Part shown: in pieces, positions 48,887 to 62,025 of the stretch
Position numbering within the stretch: position 1 is the stretch's first letter
Layout: each line of letters opens with the position of its first letter
Program-made: the position numbers and the translations under genes
The notes under the pieces: generated by a model
What the model was told of the DNA's origin: nothing
Database searches by the model: none
What the model saw: only the letters and a program-made list of their open reading frames with translations
Assembly: GCA_964036045.1 (NCBI GenBank)
Contig: OZ038378.1
Coordinates: forward strand, 183,334,001-183,398,000
Direction: 5' to 3'
Origin: Eutreptiella sp. 'Long Island Sound 2002'
Taxonomy: Eukaryota; Protista; Euglenida
Length of the DNA: 64,000 nucleotides

Positions 48887-49104
48887 TGAGTATCAAGGCA
48901 TTCATTGATTGGCCATGAGGAAGGTCAAGGGGAGGGGAGGGAATCTTTTTGTGGGGCAGCATGGATGCTGCTGTCCCCCACCCCTTCCTCTTTGGGACAG
49001 TCTGAGCAGTTGACAGTGGTACATACTCATGTGTGATGGCCCGCTGGCGTTTGCTTGTGGAGTTGCGGACAGGGAAGGGGAGGGACAACGCCCATTCGCT
49101 GCAG

Positions 49105-52100
49105 GAACAAGTGTTCTGCGCAAAGGTAGTGAGTGCACACAAGCGTGGTGTGTGTAGTGGTAGTGGTAGTGGTAGTGTAGTCCCCTGTCTGTCTGGCAGA
49201 CGTTTTTCAGCTGTGCCACAGGTGTCAGAGCTGCACGAGAACACACTCCAATCGAACTTGTCTCCAGGGGAATGCCATGCACGCTGTGCACACGCAGTGC
49301 AGAGTTTTGTATGTCGTGCCCCTTCATGGAGATGGCACCAAAGTCAACAATTCTATGACTTTGTAGCTTTCCTCGTTATACAGAGGTGGCATGGGGGGTT
49401 TCGCTGCAATGTGCTTGCAGTGCGCACGCAGTGCAAAAGCATGGCCCGGAGATGTGGGTCCTGAGTCCGTTCGGCATGTTCAGCGTGTGCGCACGCCCGG
49501 TGGAAGAGAGGAGGCGAGACCTGGGGGCAGGAGATAAGGGGAAAGTGAAATGGAGGAGGTGTGGGGGGATACGGAACTGTGGTGCCTCTGACCAATACAA
49601 GTAGGCGAATGTAACGAAATGCAGCAATTGCATGCCCTGGAGTCTGGCTACACCGTGCACCTGTCTGCTGACTTTGTGCCCCGCCCACATGTCATATGCC
49701 ATTTCATTGTCTTTCCCACAAGCAATGGCGCCATACTTTTGGATAAATGTAGCTATAGGCACCGGCGGGTTCCTTGTGGCAGACCTCTGCGGCTTCGGTC
49801 TGCAGACTCTGTCGTACTCAAGATCGTCGGATCGCCTTCGAAAAGCAATTGCACAAGGAAAGACCATCGATCAGGCGGTGGATGCTGAAGGTGTATGCCT
49901 GTTTGCGTGCGTACCCGCCCCCCTTGCGAGGACGGCGCCCCTGTGAGAAGGAACCGGGGAATCTGGCGGTTCCTTTGTCCGGTTGTCTGTGAAGATCAAG
50001 GTTTTCCTGTGATTGGAGGCTCTGTCCTGCCACTTTTTGCCCCTCCCTTCAGTACGTGACTTTGATGTGCCTCCATAGACATGGTTGTCTGGGCCTCAAT
50101 GATGCATTGCTTTGCTGCTGATGTCTTTTTCTCCCTGCTTTTTTTTATCATCATGTCCTTCCAAACTGAACCTGTGTGTTAATAGCCACAATGCCGTATA
50201 CACGGCCAAGCTCCCGACACGAAGACTGTTCGCAGGGTGAATGATCATTGCGCCCCCTTAACACTGCCGTGTCTGACCACAGCGGACCCGTTGACCATGG
50301 TGTTCCTGACGACATTTTTTGTGGTAAGAATGTACGATGACGTGCATGTGAGCCAGTTGCATTGGCCTGATGCTTGTATGAGACCCCCCTCACACACCTC
50401 CCGTCCCCCTGGGTTTTGAAAGCTGGTGGTCGAGGAGTCATGGCCCCCATGGCGCCGAAAATTTTTCCCATGCCGTTTGCAAGGGGTAAATTTTCAGTTT
50501 TGCTCTGCTAATTTATGCTGAAAATGCTCAGGTTTTAATGCAGAATTCAACTCAAATATGACAGAAAAATACATCTGAACAATGTGTCAGCATGTTCCCA
50601 TGTATTTTCCTGGCACAAAGCATCTGTGCTGGTCTGCGTGGGCGGGGTGCCATCAAGGCCAAGTGAGTATGCCGTTGCTATTTCTCGGCTGCAATAGGTC
50701 AGGTGTGGACCCGCCAACCTGCCCAGGGCACATGTTGTTGTGTGTCATCTTGCATGGCATGTCATTTCTCTGGGCCTTTCTTTGCTTCTCGCACATGCCT
50801 GCCACGGACCCCTGACTCTAGGACTGGTCTTCTCGCGTTAGGGTTAGGGCTAGGCTTATTGAGAACCTAGGCATCACCCTTAGCTGAACCTGAGCCCTAA
50901 CCCTAACCCAGGATAGTTGCCTGAATTTGGTAGTGTGGAGAGTCTGAGGTGCTTTCCCCAACCTGTCACCCCCCCTCACTCCTCCAAGCAACTCCTCCAC
51001 TTTACCCACCCATCCCCCTTCTTGTCCAACCCCCCCCCCCCCCTTAAGTACCAGAACCCAGCAGCCCAGACCTCTAGTCCAAGCCAGGGAGGAAAGGGAA
51101 CAGTACGTTTGACCTATGGAACACTCAATGGCCAGTTGCACACAAATGAGCTGAGAAAGCAGTGAAGGCCGTGCGCAGGCAGGCGCGGCTGGAGAGTGGC
51201 CTTGGTCTTTAGGACAACCCCCTCCCCATACCCCCAAATCTCCATGGGACGGCCAGCCTCCCCTTGGGCCGGCGGCCACGCCCCCAACCAAGTTCGACTG
51301 ATATTTAAGGAGCAGGTCGCAGCAGCCCGTTCCAATCCCTTCCCTCAGGGCAGACTCCCTATGAACCGCTTGCGCATTGGTTGTGCCAAAGCACAGCCTT
51401 GTCCATGCAGGAGAACCCTGTCTCGCCGTTGTTGATTTCGGCCGTGCGTGTGCAATGGGAAAGGGGCGTAGTCTTGTCGGGTCGTTCTGTGTTGGTACGT
51501 TGTGGCTGAATATCGGACACAGTGGCGGTGAACTCAATGCATGCCCTTTCTGCCAGTGCGGCCATCCAAAATTATCTCGTATTTGTTTCTCCCCTTGTCG
51601 AGGCCATACCGCCCCCATTCGTTGTTTCGCAGAACCAGACACATGGCAGAGTTGGTATGTCTCTGGGGAGACTCTCGCCAAACTTGAAACTTTCAAGGTC
51701 CTGCTCCGTCTTCCTTCTGCCTGCTAACCTCTTCGTCATTTCCCGCTTCTCGCTCAGCCGTGATTTCGAGATAGAACGTGTCTTGGTGGCCTGAGTTGTT
51801 CTATCTGCTTTCAGATTGAGTTTCGCATGTGTCGTGGTGAAACGTGTTTAGAGGAGGAACACCTCCAGCTACTCATTCCACGTCCTTATTTGCAGAGCCT
51901 TGATTGCTGCAGACCTGCACTGTGTGCCACCAGCGGGGCCCTTCTTGGCATGTGGACATGGCTCGTCCCGAGGCTGTTCAATTTGGTGTTCCCTCAACAT
52001 GTTTTTGGTCTGCATGCCCCCCTCTGTCGTCCACACCTCTGTTTCCTTCATGTCCGTGTGATGGTGTGATGGTGTATTTGTTTGTGTTCCTGTGTCCTGG

Positions 52101-52860
52101 GTGTCGTACACCTTTTCATCAACCACTCACCGGAGTTGCAAAGAGGTAACCGGGTTGAGGTTAATGAGTTATCTCAGGCCTGTCCTGGCCAGTAACTTCC
52201 GAGTCTGTTCCTGAAAGTCCCGCCCGATGGGTTTTGTGACAGAGCCTTACTTGCACTGAGTCACGTGTGCCTGTGGTTCTGACATCTGCAAAGTTTTGTG
52301 CCAGCACTTGCCTTCGTGCCGTGTCTGCATGCTAATGTGTGTACAACACAGCCGGCCCAACACTTGCGTGATCCTCGAGACTGGCGCCTCACATCAGTAG
52401 TGCCGGTCCCTCCAGCGATATCACCAGAAGCCAGATCCCTTGTGCTGATTCATTGCAGCATTGCACACGGATGCACCCCCTCACGTGGACCACAACCTTG
52501 TGCTGCAGCAGTCATTGCTTGCTTTCTGTGCCGTGCTTGACGCTTCTTCGTTGGGCCTGTGGTGCCGTGGGCGCCTCACTTACTTTCGATGGGTTTGGTG
52601 CACTGCATGCCCTTGAAATGCACGGCAGGGGCTTGCATGCGTGTGCCTTGCATGCCCCATCCCCTGTGCCTGTAGGGCACCCCCCCGTGTCCCCGCTGCA
52701 GCCAACATCCTGGCGTCGACCGTCTGCAGGTGAAGCCGCGCCAGTCCTGAAGACAGGATTGAATTTCCTGATCGACTGTTGTCTGACGAATTGTACTTAT
52801 TCACTCATTATGATCATCCCCTGGTACCTCTTCTTCAAGTTCTTCACTGTTGCTCAGCAG
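49105..52860 (+). CDS. Putative exons of a multi-pass membrane protein (partial model)
   Basis: Exons 49105-49125, 49723-49890 and 50283-50323 join in phase (TSVLRKAMAPYFWINVAIGTGGFLVADLCGFGLQTL..DAEADPLTMVFLTTFFV). Further hydrophobic AG/GT-bounded segments begin at 51698 and span 52730-52860. They may belong to the same gene as the 44-45 kb exons. Confidence 0.5.
49267..49447 (+). mobile_element. About 180-bp MITE sharing termini with the Harbinger-like element at 39536-42851
   Basis: The left end GGGGAATGCCATGCACGCTGTGCACACGCAGTGCAGAGTTTTG matches 39536 onward. The right end GCACGCAGTGCAAAAGCATGGCC resembles 42829-42851. Confidence 0.65.
50837..50907. repeat. Head-to-head interstitial telomere-like repeats
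   Basis: GTTAGGGTTAGGGCT (50837-50851) and AGCCCTAACCCTAAC (50893-50907) form a perfect 15-bp inverted repeat. Confidence 0.85.
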
Positions 52861-54649
52861 GTCTTTGTTTGTTGGGACCTTTGAGCCATGGTGCCGCATG
52901 TCCTCCCGCAGCGCCCTACCTCTGCACATACCCTGTCAGCCCCCGGTCGCCTGAATATGGAGGCTGGCATACATGAGGCCTGCACTGGTCGGCTGTTTCA
53001 GGCCCCTGGGGAGGGGGGGATTAGCGAAGCACCAACACGCCTACCACCCGGGGTGGCACCATACGAACGGGGGTTGAGCACCAACACGCGTGTGACATCA
53101 CACCGTGTCACAACTCTTTGCACAACAGCATGCTGATAAATCAACTGGGGCCAGGGGCCACATTGTATCCAACGTGTGTGCGACACCTTACGCCCGCCCC
53201 CATTTTTTAACACAGAGGTTGCAACCCCATGGTGCCAAGAAGACAGCTGGTGTGACAGCTGTAGGCTGCTGTTTTGCAATCTTGTAAGAAAAAAGTGGGC
53301 CATGTGAACCTGAAGACAGCATCAAAACAACATTACAACCGATCTTGTGAACAGCACGTGTACCATTTGTTTCAGCACCAGGGAGGGACCTGCCGAATGA
53401 CGAAAGCAGTGGCAAACGTAGTAGAAGGTGGAGCGCACCAAGAAGCAATGATGGGAAGGAGCATGTGAAGAGAGTGCAGGACATGAGACCCCGCCACCTC
53501 TGCCCCAGACAAGTTTGCCCCCTTTGAACCCCCCCTCCCCCACCAACTTGTTGCCCCAAATTGGTGAGTTTGCCCCCTGTGACTTGGGGAGCGGGGGACC
53601 ATACTGAGATACAGAGTGCGGGGGGGGGGGGGGGTTGGCAAAAGATACCTGTGACGTTGCAATGCGTTGCGGAGGGGCGGAGCACCAACACACCTGTGAC
53701 ATCGCCACGTGACACCGAAAGGATGGGGGGTGGAGCACACCACACGTCAGGTGTAAAAAAGCACACAAAAACACAATTTTCAGCTCCATGCTGCTGCATG
53801 CCCTGCGCAAAATAAAATTTTGAAAGGAAAAATACCAAATGATAAAATTATTTTTCGGAACCCCCGCCCCCCCTTTCGTCTTTGCGTTGATTGGCGCATT
53901 GCTTGTGTTGTGTGGTTTGCAGCCGTTGGTACAGGGTACAGGGTGGCGCGTGTTCTGTGTATCCATCCCATGTTCCTTTGGCAGTCCTCTGCCATTCTGT
54001 ATTGCTCATCATTGTATGCTCTCCCATTGCTTTCTATGCACTTGTTTCCGCATTTGATGTGTCATGTCCACAATTGTTGGCGAATTGACAAGCTGTTTTA
54101 TGAAGAAGGGAATCAACGAATCATGCGGTACTGTTGGTCTGCATGAGCTGTTCTACGGATTGCAACCCAGAGTCCAATTGATCCACATTCGTGTGCTTCT
54201 GTAGGTATGGATGGCGACCGCAAAGTCCAAGCTACCCAGGGCCCTTTTCAGGGGCACCAAAATGAATGAATCAAAACCCAAAAACAAAGGCCACACGCAA
54301 AACAAACCAAACGCAAATCAAAAGTAAATTGCCTCAGCCAACCAAAAACAGGCACGCTAAAATGAATTTTCGCAGAAAGAAATGAAAATATTTCTTTTTC
54401 CATTTCTATGTGCTTTCGCAAAATTTTTGCAAAAACGAAATCCAAAACACCCAACGCAAAATTAATTTTTCCGCAAATCGTCAATGTTTGTACGGTATTG
54501 CCCCCTTGAATGTGGTGCCTCATCACCCCCTGCTCCTGCGCAGGTTGCCCCATACCCTCCCCCCCCCCCTCACCAATCACCCACCGCCAACCACCAAGGC
54601 CTTGTGCCAACCCTACCCCCCCTCCTTCACGTGTCGTCACCAGGGGATC

Positions 54650-55800
54650 CTGATGATCAGCCTGAAAGTCGCGGAGTTCGTTCCAAAGGATTGGATGTAC
54701 AGTTGGGCGCTGGGGTCTCATCGGGCCATCCTCGACTTCAAGGCCTGTGAAGAACCGGTAGAACCGCCGCAGCCGATGAGCCACAACTCCACAGAGACTC
54801 CCGGCGTCGAGGACATTGACCCTTAAGCTTAGGCCCTCAGGGATGTTGCCAACATTTGTGCTTCGGAATATCGAGGCTGATGTTCGGCATTTAGCGAATG
54901 CCTGGATGACTGCAGGCACCTGACATGTTGTTCGGCGTTGTTGGAAACCGTGGAGTGTGTTATTGTGTGTACTCTCAGGAGTGAGGTGCTGCGGTGTGTT
55001 GAACGGGGTGGGCGGGGGAAGTGATTTGGTTGAGAGTCTTGTGTTTCGATTCGACGCTGTAAGTCCCCTGTAACATGAGATGTGGTGGTTTATGGAGGCA
55101 CATTGCCAAGAGTGGCCCGGCTGCGATCACAATGGCCGTGTCCGGATACTCTTTGATGCCCTTGTGTCGTGGCCGGACTAGGTCAATTGCCTCTGAGGTG
55201 CCTAGGATGCGAGGAACCAGGAAGGAGTAGGATGGGGAGCGTTAGCGCGCAGGGTGCGCGCAGGGCAACTTTTTGGGCTATTTCCAATCCCTACCCCTGT
55301 GGAACCCCTCTGATTTTGTCCCCGCGGGTCCTAGGGCGCCAACCCGGCGGCCTATGGGTACCACGTTTGCTTCCTCTACACTTTGGTACATTTGAAGGGG
55401 TTAGTACAATCAAAAGCAGCCTGAACGCATGTCCCTGTAATCCGACGGCGGCCTCCAAACGGTGGAAATCACGGGCTCCGAGTACCAAGCCGCGGGAGTT
55501 GCAGTGGCAAAAGGACCCCTGCGCATTCTGACCCGTGTACATCGACGTCCGCCACAAGGTGTGTGATCACACGCAACACAAGCGAATCATCATGGAGTAA
55601 TCATGGGGTAGATCCCCAGTCATCGTCAAGAGTTTGAGGGCCGCAGTGCACAGGAACGTCAGCAAATCCGGCGCAAAGGGGAGGTGGACTTGCTCGCCAA
55701 AATGGCCACACGGCTACCGGTCCCAGACTACGATCCCATCCGTCCAGAGGATTTAGCAGCCTGTGGCAGTTTGTTTAATGTTGTGCACGGATGGTTTGTT
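54650..55800 (-). pseudogene. Decayed non-LTR retrotransposon reverse transcriptase
   Basis: The minus strand reads TLNKLPQAAKSSG(P)DGI (~55745, 1-nt deletion), IRGVPQG (~55295), YPDTAIVI (YADD-like, ~55140) and LCGV (YLGV-like, ~54790). The element may extend to about 58300. Confidence 0.6.
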
Positions 55801-58339
55801 GCTTCATTTGGTAGGCTTGGGGCAGCTGTTGGTCTACTCGGGGCTTCATATGGTAATGGTAAACTTGGGGACTCAATTTGGGAAAGTCATCATAAAAGTA
55901 GCACGCAGGGCGCGCGCAAGGCACTCCTCCGGGGATTCTGGCAGCATGGCACGGCGTGTGCCACGGTGCCCTGTTGTTCACCAGTCAGATCACCGAGTGC
56001 AACGCTCAAATAAACGAGCAATGGCAGAGGTATTGCCGAAGCAGCAGACGCAGAAGTCGCACCGAAGACCACTGCCAAATTTTGTGATTGGGAATTTTTA
56101 GCAAACGTCTTCGCCCATGAGTAAGTGCCTGGCTGACTGCAGCCACCCGACATGTCGCAGTGCGATGTCGGGAATCGTGTGTTGTTGTGTGTACTCTCAG
56201 GTGGTGTGTTGATTCATTCATTCATTCCATCGCGGCCCCGCTCCCCTGGGCAAGTCCGCATATTGTTTGTATTGGATGAGTGCTTCAAGTGGGTAGAACC
56301 ACATGCAGTTGGTTAGCTGTCGGTGCAGGCAGTCGTCTGGGCAGCTGTGGCTCTCTTAATGAGGGCTGGAGTGCTCAGAGTATTGTGTGCGTCCTCAGTG
56401 CGAATCCATGAAGTGCATGTATTGGAGGTGGGGGTTGCGAGCACATACTTTTTGCTGCCGTAATTTCGATTTTCCAGCAGCAGCAGATGCTTGGATGTTT
56501 CGCAGGAGGCACTTTGCCGTTGCCTCTGCCTTGGTGTTATGTTTAGTGTTTAGGCTTCTCAAGAGATCACCAGGGCTGTCTTTTAAAGGCCGATTTTTTT
56601 TTCACTAAGGACCTCCTGAGGCTTCGGTCGCAGGATTTGGGTAATTGACGGCGGTTGACACTCAACCGACGGCGGTTGAGATAGTCAACCAACGCCGGTT
56701 CGGCGATGGCTGAGAGCAATGACTGGCCGGCTGGCGCTCTGCAGAGGTCCGAGCGTACCGGAGGCCGGTAGGTTTTGTTTTGTTTGTTTTTCTGTTTTGT
56801 TCTGTTTTGTTTTGCATTAGGGACCTGGGGGATGACCCTGCTCAGTCCTCGCGTGATTCTGGAGCTGTCGTGCCCTGTTTGCAGCGCCAGTCTACACAGT
56901 TTGAGCGCTGCAAGGTCTTGGATGCTCTCTTCACGGCCCACCGTTTGTAGCGTGTCGCTTTGGACTCATGACGCCATTACGCATGAAAGGCTTACCCTTT
57001 GTAACCCTCCAGCTACGTCGTAACCAACATCGTAGCCAGCCGTGGGCAAATGTGTGTTCCATGTGAGTGTCTGTAGGTTTTAGGCTCCGTCAACAAGTTG
57101 ACTGGCTTCATTTGCTAATCTCTGGTCCAAATTCTGTTTCTGTGCCCCCGGGCAACAGGATACGAATGGCCGTTGGAAGTTAGCAACTGAATGGCTGCGG
57201 AGCTGATGCTGATGCCACTGGGACACTTCGTTCGAGCTTCGGGCTTCGGGGCAGAACGCCCAGAGTTGTTGAGTGGGGCTATTTTGGAGTAGGGCCATCA
57301 GGAGCTACGACAAGGTGATGGCGCACCTTTTTCGAGGGACCATCACCGGCAGTTTGGTGGCTGTGAGCGATGTTGCCCTCTGTGGAACGGCTGTCGACAA
57401 GCCTCTTGTCTGGAAATGAGCACCGCAGACCATTTGGGGGCGGGAGGCCGAAATTGCAGGTCCTGTTCGCACCAAAAAGTGAACACTTGCCAAACAGAAA
57501 GGAGGCCGAAAGTGCCAGTGCTGGTACAATGAGGGGAACGCTTCGACCAGTGGCTGTACATTAAGGGGTGCAAAATGCACTGATGACTCTGCCTTATGCT
57601 TCTGCGCAGATGAGGCACTCAGTCAGTCCGTCAGTTATTGCCTCATGCTTCAGGCATCCATTTACCCTCCCACAATTTGACCGAAATAGGGCTTAGCCTC
57701 TTCGCAGGAGAACCCTCCAGAAGCGCTGTGAGGCTGAGAGCGACGTGGGTATTTGTGGAATCGACACCAGCCCCCCCCACCCCCCCTGCCCCGCCCCCCC
57801 ACCCCGGACATTTCTTTGCGCTACACTCAGAATTGCCTCGTTGTGAAGATTTGAAGTGGCGTAGTTTTGGTTGCAGCCCCTCGGAGCTTTCAGCGTTCGA
57901 CCCTCCAAGCAAGCGGTCGTGGCCTTCAAGGAAGCGGCCGTGGGCAGCTCCCCGAGGCAATTCTGGACACCTTGTATGAACCTAAAGGTTCTACCCTCCA
58001 CAAGAAGAGGTAGTGGCGCAACACAACACTGGGCCAACCAGTACCAGCCAACCCCCAGCAGTCTTTAAAAAAACACTCCTTGATCGCTGGATGACCCCAA
58101 CCCCTCCCAGTCGAAGTCATGATTCCAGCAGGGGGAGAGTTCCAAAATGGGGAGATCGTCGCGGTGGCACCATGAGCAGGCTCCCCACCTCTTACAATTT
58201 TGGACCCGCCCCCTTTAACCCCAACCTAAATGGGGGGAACCAACCCACCTATCCGTGGAGGATTCCCTCCTCAAAAAGGCAAACAAGTACATACACCCAG
58301 AAGTACCAACCGGCATACTCACCCAGCCTTTGTGGCACA

Positions 58340-58857
<518 letters not shown>

Positions 58858-61800
58858 GCCGAAAGTGCATATCGCACTGGTCAAGGGGCAACACAGGGAC
58901 ACACCCCTGGCCTGCACCGTGGGCCTCACCAATAGGGAGCGATCCGACCCGAGGACGCCAGTGTGGCTATACAGGCTCAACCGGGAGACCTGGAAAAATG
59001 GTGAACCCCCTCCCCCACACACACTGCCCTATCTGGTTCATTCGTTGCGGTGTTTCCGCCATTGACCGGTTCCTGTGTCTTTTGCTGCGCGGGGGTCCTA
59101 ACCTCCTGCGCCTCAGCAACCGCATCTCTGCACAACGGACACGCTGCACAGGGCAGCCCCTGCCTGACGAGCAGGGATGGGGTATTGTTATTACAGTTAG
59201 GAGACTGTGAAATGGTGTGCCGGGGGTCCTGCAAGCCCGCCTATCGAACTACGAACTCATGGTTTTGCAGCCTGTGTAGGAGAGTAGATACACACACACG
59301 CACACACATTTACACACACCGCCCCCAACACACACAAGCAACAGACAGGTTCTCAGAAAGAAAACATAAACAAGCAAATTCACAACTGCCCTTGTCAAGC
59401 AGCGCCATATGCCAGCTTGGGGTTGCCGGGGTGCTGCCATTTCATGATGAGGACCCTTTCACAAACCCATATTGCACAGTAACGAGGAGAGGGATTTTTC
59501 AACATTATACACAGGTTTTGGAGCACCCTATGAACGCCCACATGGATCAACAACCGGCGCCCTAGCTCAGACTGCTTTCACACCTTACACCTCACGCCTG
59601 AAGCAGCCCAGCTTAGCCCCTCTAAGACCTTTGCGTCCAGTAAGGAAGAGGGTCCAGATCTTTGGCTCTGCTCCCTTGAAGCTGGTTTTGTTTCATAACA
59701 CACATGTACAAGAAGCTGCATTCCTGTCTACTTTCGTAATGCATATGTACAAGAAGCTGCATTCCTGTCTACTTGAGGGCCATATGGCAGATCAGATTGC
59801 ATCACCACGCTGCCCCTGTGAATTCGTTGAACACCCATTGGTTGTAATTGGGCCCATTGGTTGTGATGGGTTGCGCCACCCCCCCCCCTCCCCCTGTGAA
59901 GGTGACCTGTCTGTGTGTATCAGGAAGCCCTGAGACAGAAATGCCAGCGCCCCTCCAACTAGATCCCGGCTCCCAACTCTGTCGCAAGCCCACTCTTCAG
60001 GTATCCATACCTATAGGTGGAATTGCATGGACCGTGCACGTACCATGCAAAGTTTTCGTATGTCCTTTTATATGTGGTTCCAATATCAAGTTGGTGGGAG
60101 AGCAGTTGTCCATGAGGCTGCTGCACTCCACCGTATCGAGTTCACTTTAACGTTGCCCCCATTATCTCTAGGAAGTGAAAGTAACCATCCAGAGACCGCA
60201 AGGAATTAACAGCATCCTCCCAGAGACCTCCAGGATCCATCCAGAAAGTTCCAAAAGTGAACAACGTCCTTCCAGAGACCTCTAGGCCATTCAGAATTGC
60301 GATTTCCAAGCATTTTTGGTTGTGTACAGGTGGCTTGCTGGTATGTTTCTGCGGGGGCTGTTCCACAGGGGAAAATCTTATAAACGTCTAAAAACCCTTG
60401 AACCGTGCGCACACTGTGCGACGACGCCTTCATACACTGGATCCCAGGGTTTGTGCCCCCTGGGCTGGTGTGTATACAGGTGATGCAAACATCCTGAATT
60501 TCCGAATTTCCTGCACGTTCCCATACAAATGGGAGCAAAGGTGATCCAACGGGACTTTCCTTCAAGTTGAAGCTTTGGTTTGTTTTTCGCTCGCCTGTGC
60601 AAATTTTGATTTCCGAGAGACACTACCAGCTAGCTATTGGCGGAAGCACATTGACCTATTGGATTACTGTTATGTCAGCTGATACCAATCGTCAATCTGA
60701 GAGAGTTTTATTGGTTGCTAAGGTCACAGGATCCTGTTTGGTTGTCAGGAAAGGAGTCTGTGATACAGCTTGCTTATATTTACCCCTGTTGGAATATGCA
60801 TTTTGCAAACCAATGAAAGGCGTGAGAGGTGTGCAATGATATTTCAGTTAGTCGCTATTCTACAATTTTTGATGCAAGATTTTGTTTCTGGGTGGCATTG
60901 CTCTCAAAAGGTGAGTTCTTAAATCACGCTGTCTCCGGACTCATGAACTTCATGGAGTTTAAATGGTACAGATTTCGACTTGTGCTCCCTGTTCTCGTGC
61001 TTGCTGATGAACAAGAAGGCTTCAAAAGACACACTCAAAGCCCAAAAGAGCTTTTCTTTTTATGCGAGTTTGGCTTTGTGATAAAATGATAATATCCCGC
61101 TGTAAAAGCCAGCTGTCGTTGCTATGCCGATACCGTTTATTGGTATTGTTGGAAAAAGTAAAACCAGTTTTTGTGCCTGAACAGGTGGCAATTATTGATA
61201 TCGTCAAACCCAAATTTGTAGGTTTGTAACTGAGGCATACCAAAGTAAAATGTATAATTATACATCCTTTTTTTGTTCTCGATACCTGTCAATATGCAAT
61301 AATATTACGCTCTTGTGCTAAAGATTGCCTTGGTACTCTTCTTGCCACTGCATGGGCCAAGAGAGCGTATTTTGCCATAAATTGGACGGATTTACACTGG
61401 GACACAATAGACTCGCCCCCAAGGTTTTGTACAAACAGCTCTACATCTAGGGCACTGAACACAGCACAGCCTGTGTGGTTGTGGTGTGGTCACCACTTAA
61501 GAGGGTGTGTGGAAGCCCTGTCCTCCCTTAAAGTGCGATCCTACAGGCTCCTCTAACAACTACGACTCTGTTGAGCTGCACTTTTGGGGTCTCTCACTTC
61601 ACCAAAGGGGCAGGGGTAGCCCCATCGCCCGTAATTGAAGAAGTCTTGCTTCCATGAAAATGAGTGCGGAGGATGGGCAGGAGGGAAATGGTGTTGGCTG
61701 CGTTGTGTGTTAGTGTGATTCTAATTGGTCACAGAGGTGTTCAGTGAGCCATGAGTTTTCAAAAACTGTTGCTTCAAATATTAGGTGCATCACTTGGTTA

Positions 61801-61864
61801 GGGTGCCCTTGGCGGAGGGGATGACAATTTTGATCAAAATGAATGAATGAAAGAAAATCCTGGC

Positions 61865-62025
61865 TCACCGGTCCTTGGCCTCCTGTGGCTCTTGGGTCCC
61901 GGGCCGCTGGTGGGTCTTGGGCCTTTGGTGCTCTTGGCTCTTGGGTCCTTGGTTGCTCTTGGTTCTCGGGTCTTTGGTTGCTCTTGGTTCTTCGGTCCGT
62001 GGTTGCTCTTGGTTCTTGGGTCGTT
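61865..62025. repeat. Degenerate TCTTGG-rich minisatellite
   Basis: Reiterated (GC)TCTTGG(GT/TT) units are read directly from the sequence. Confidence 0.8.
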
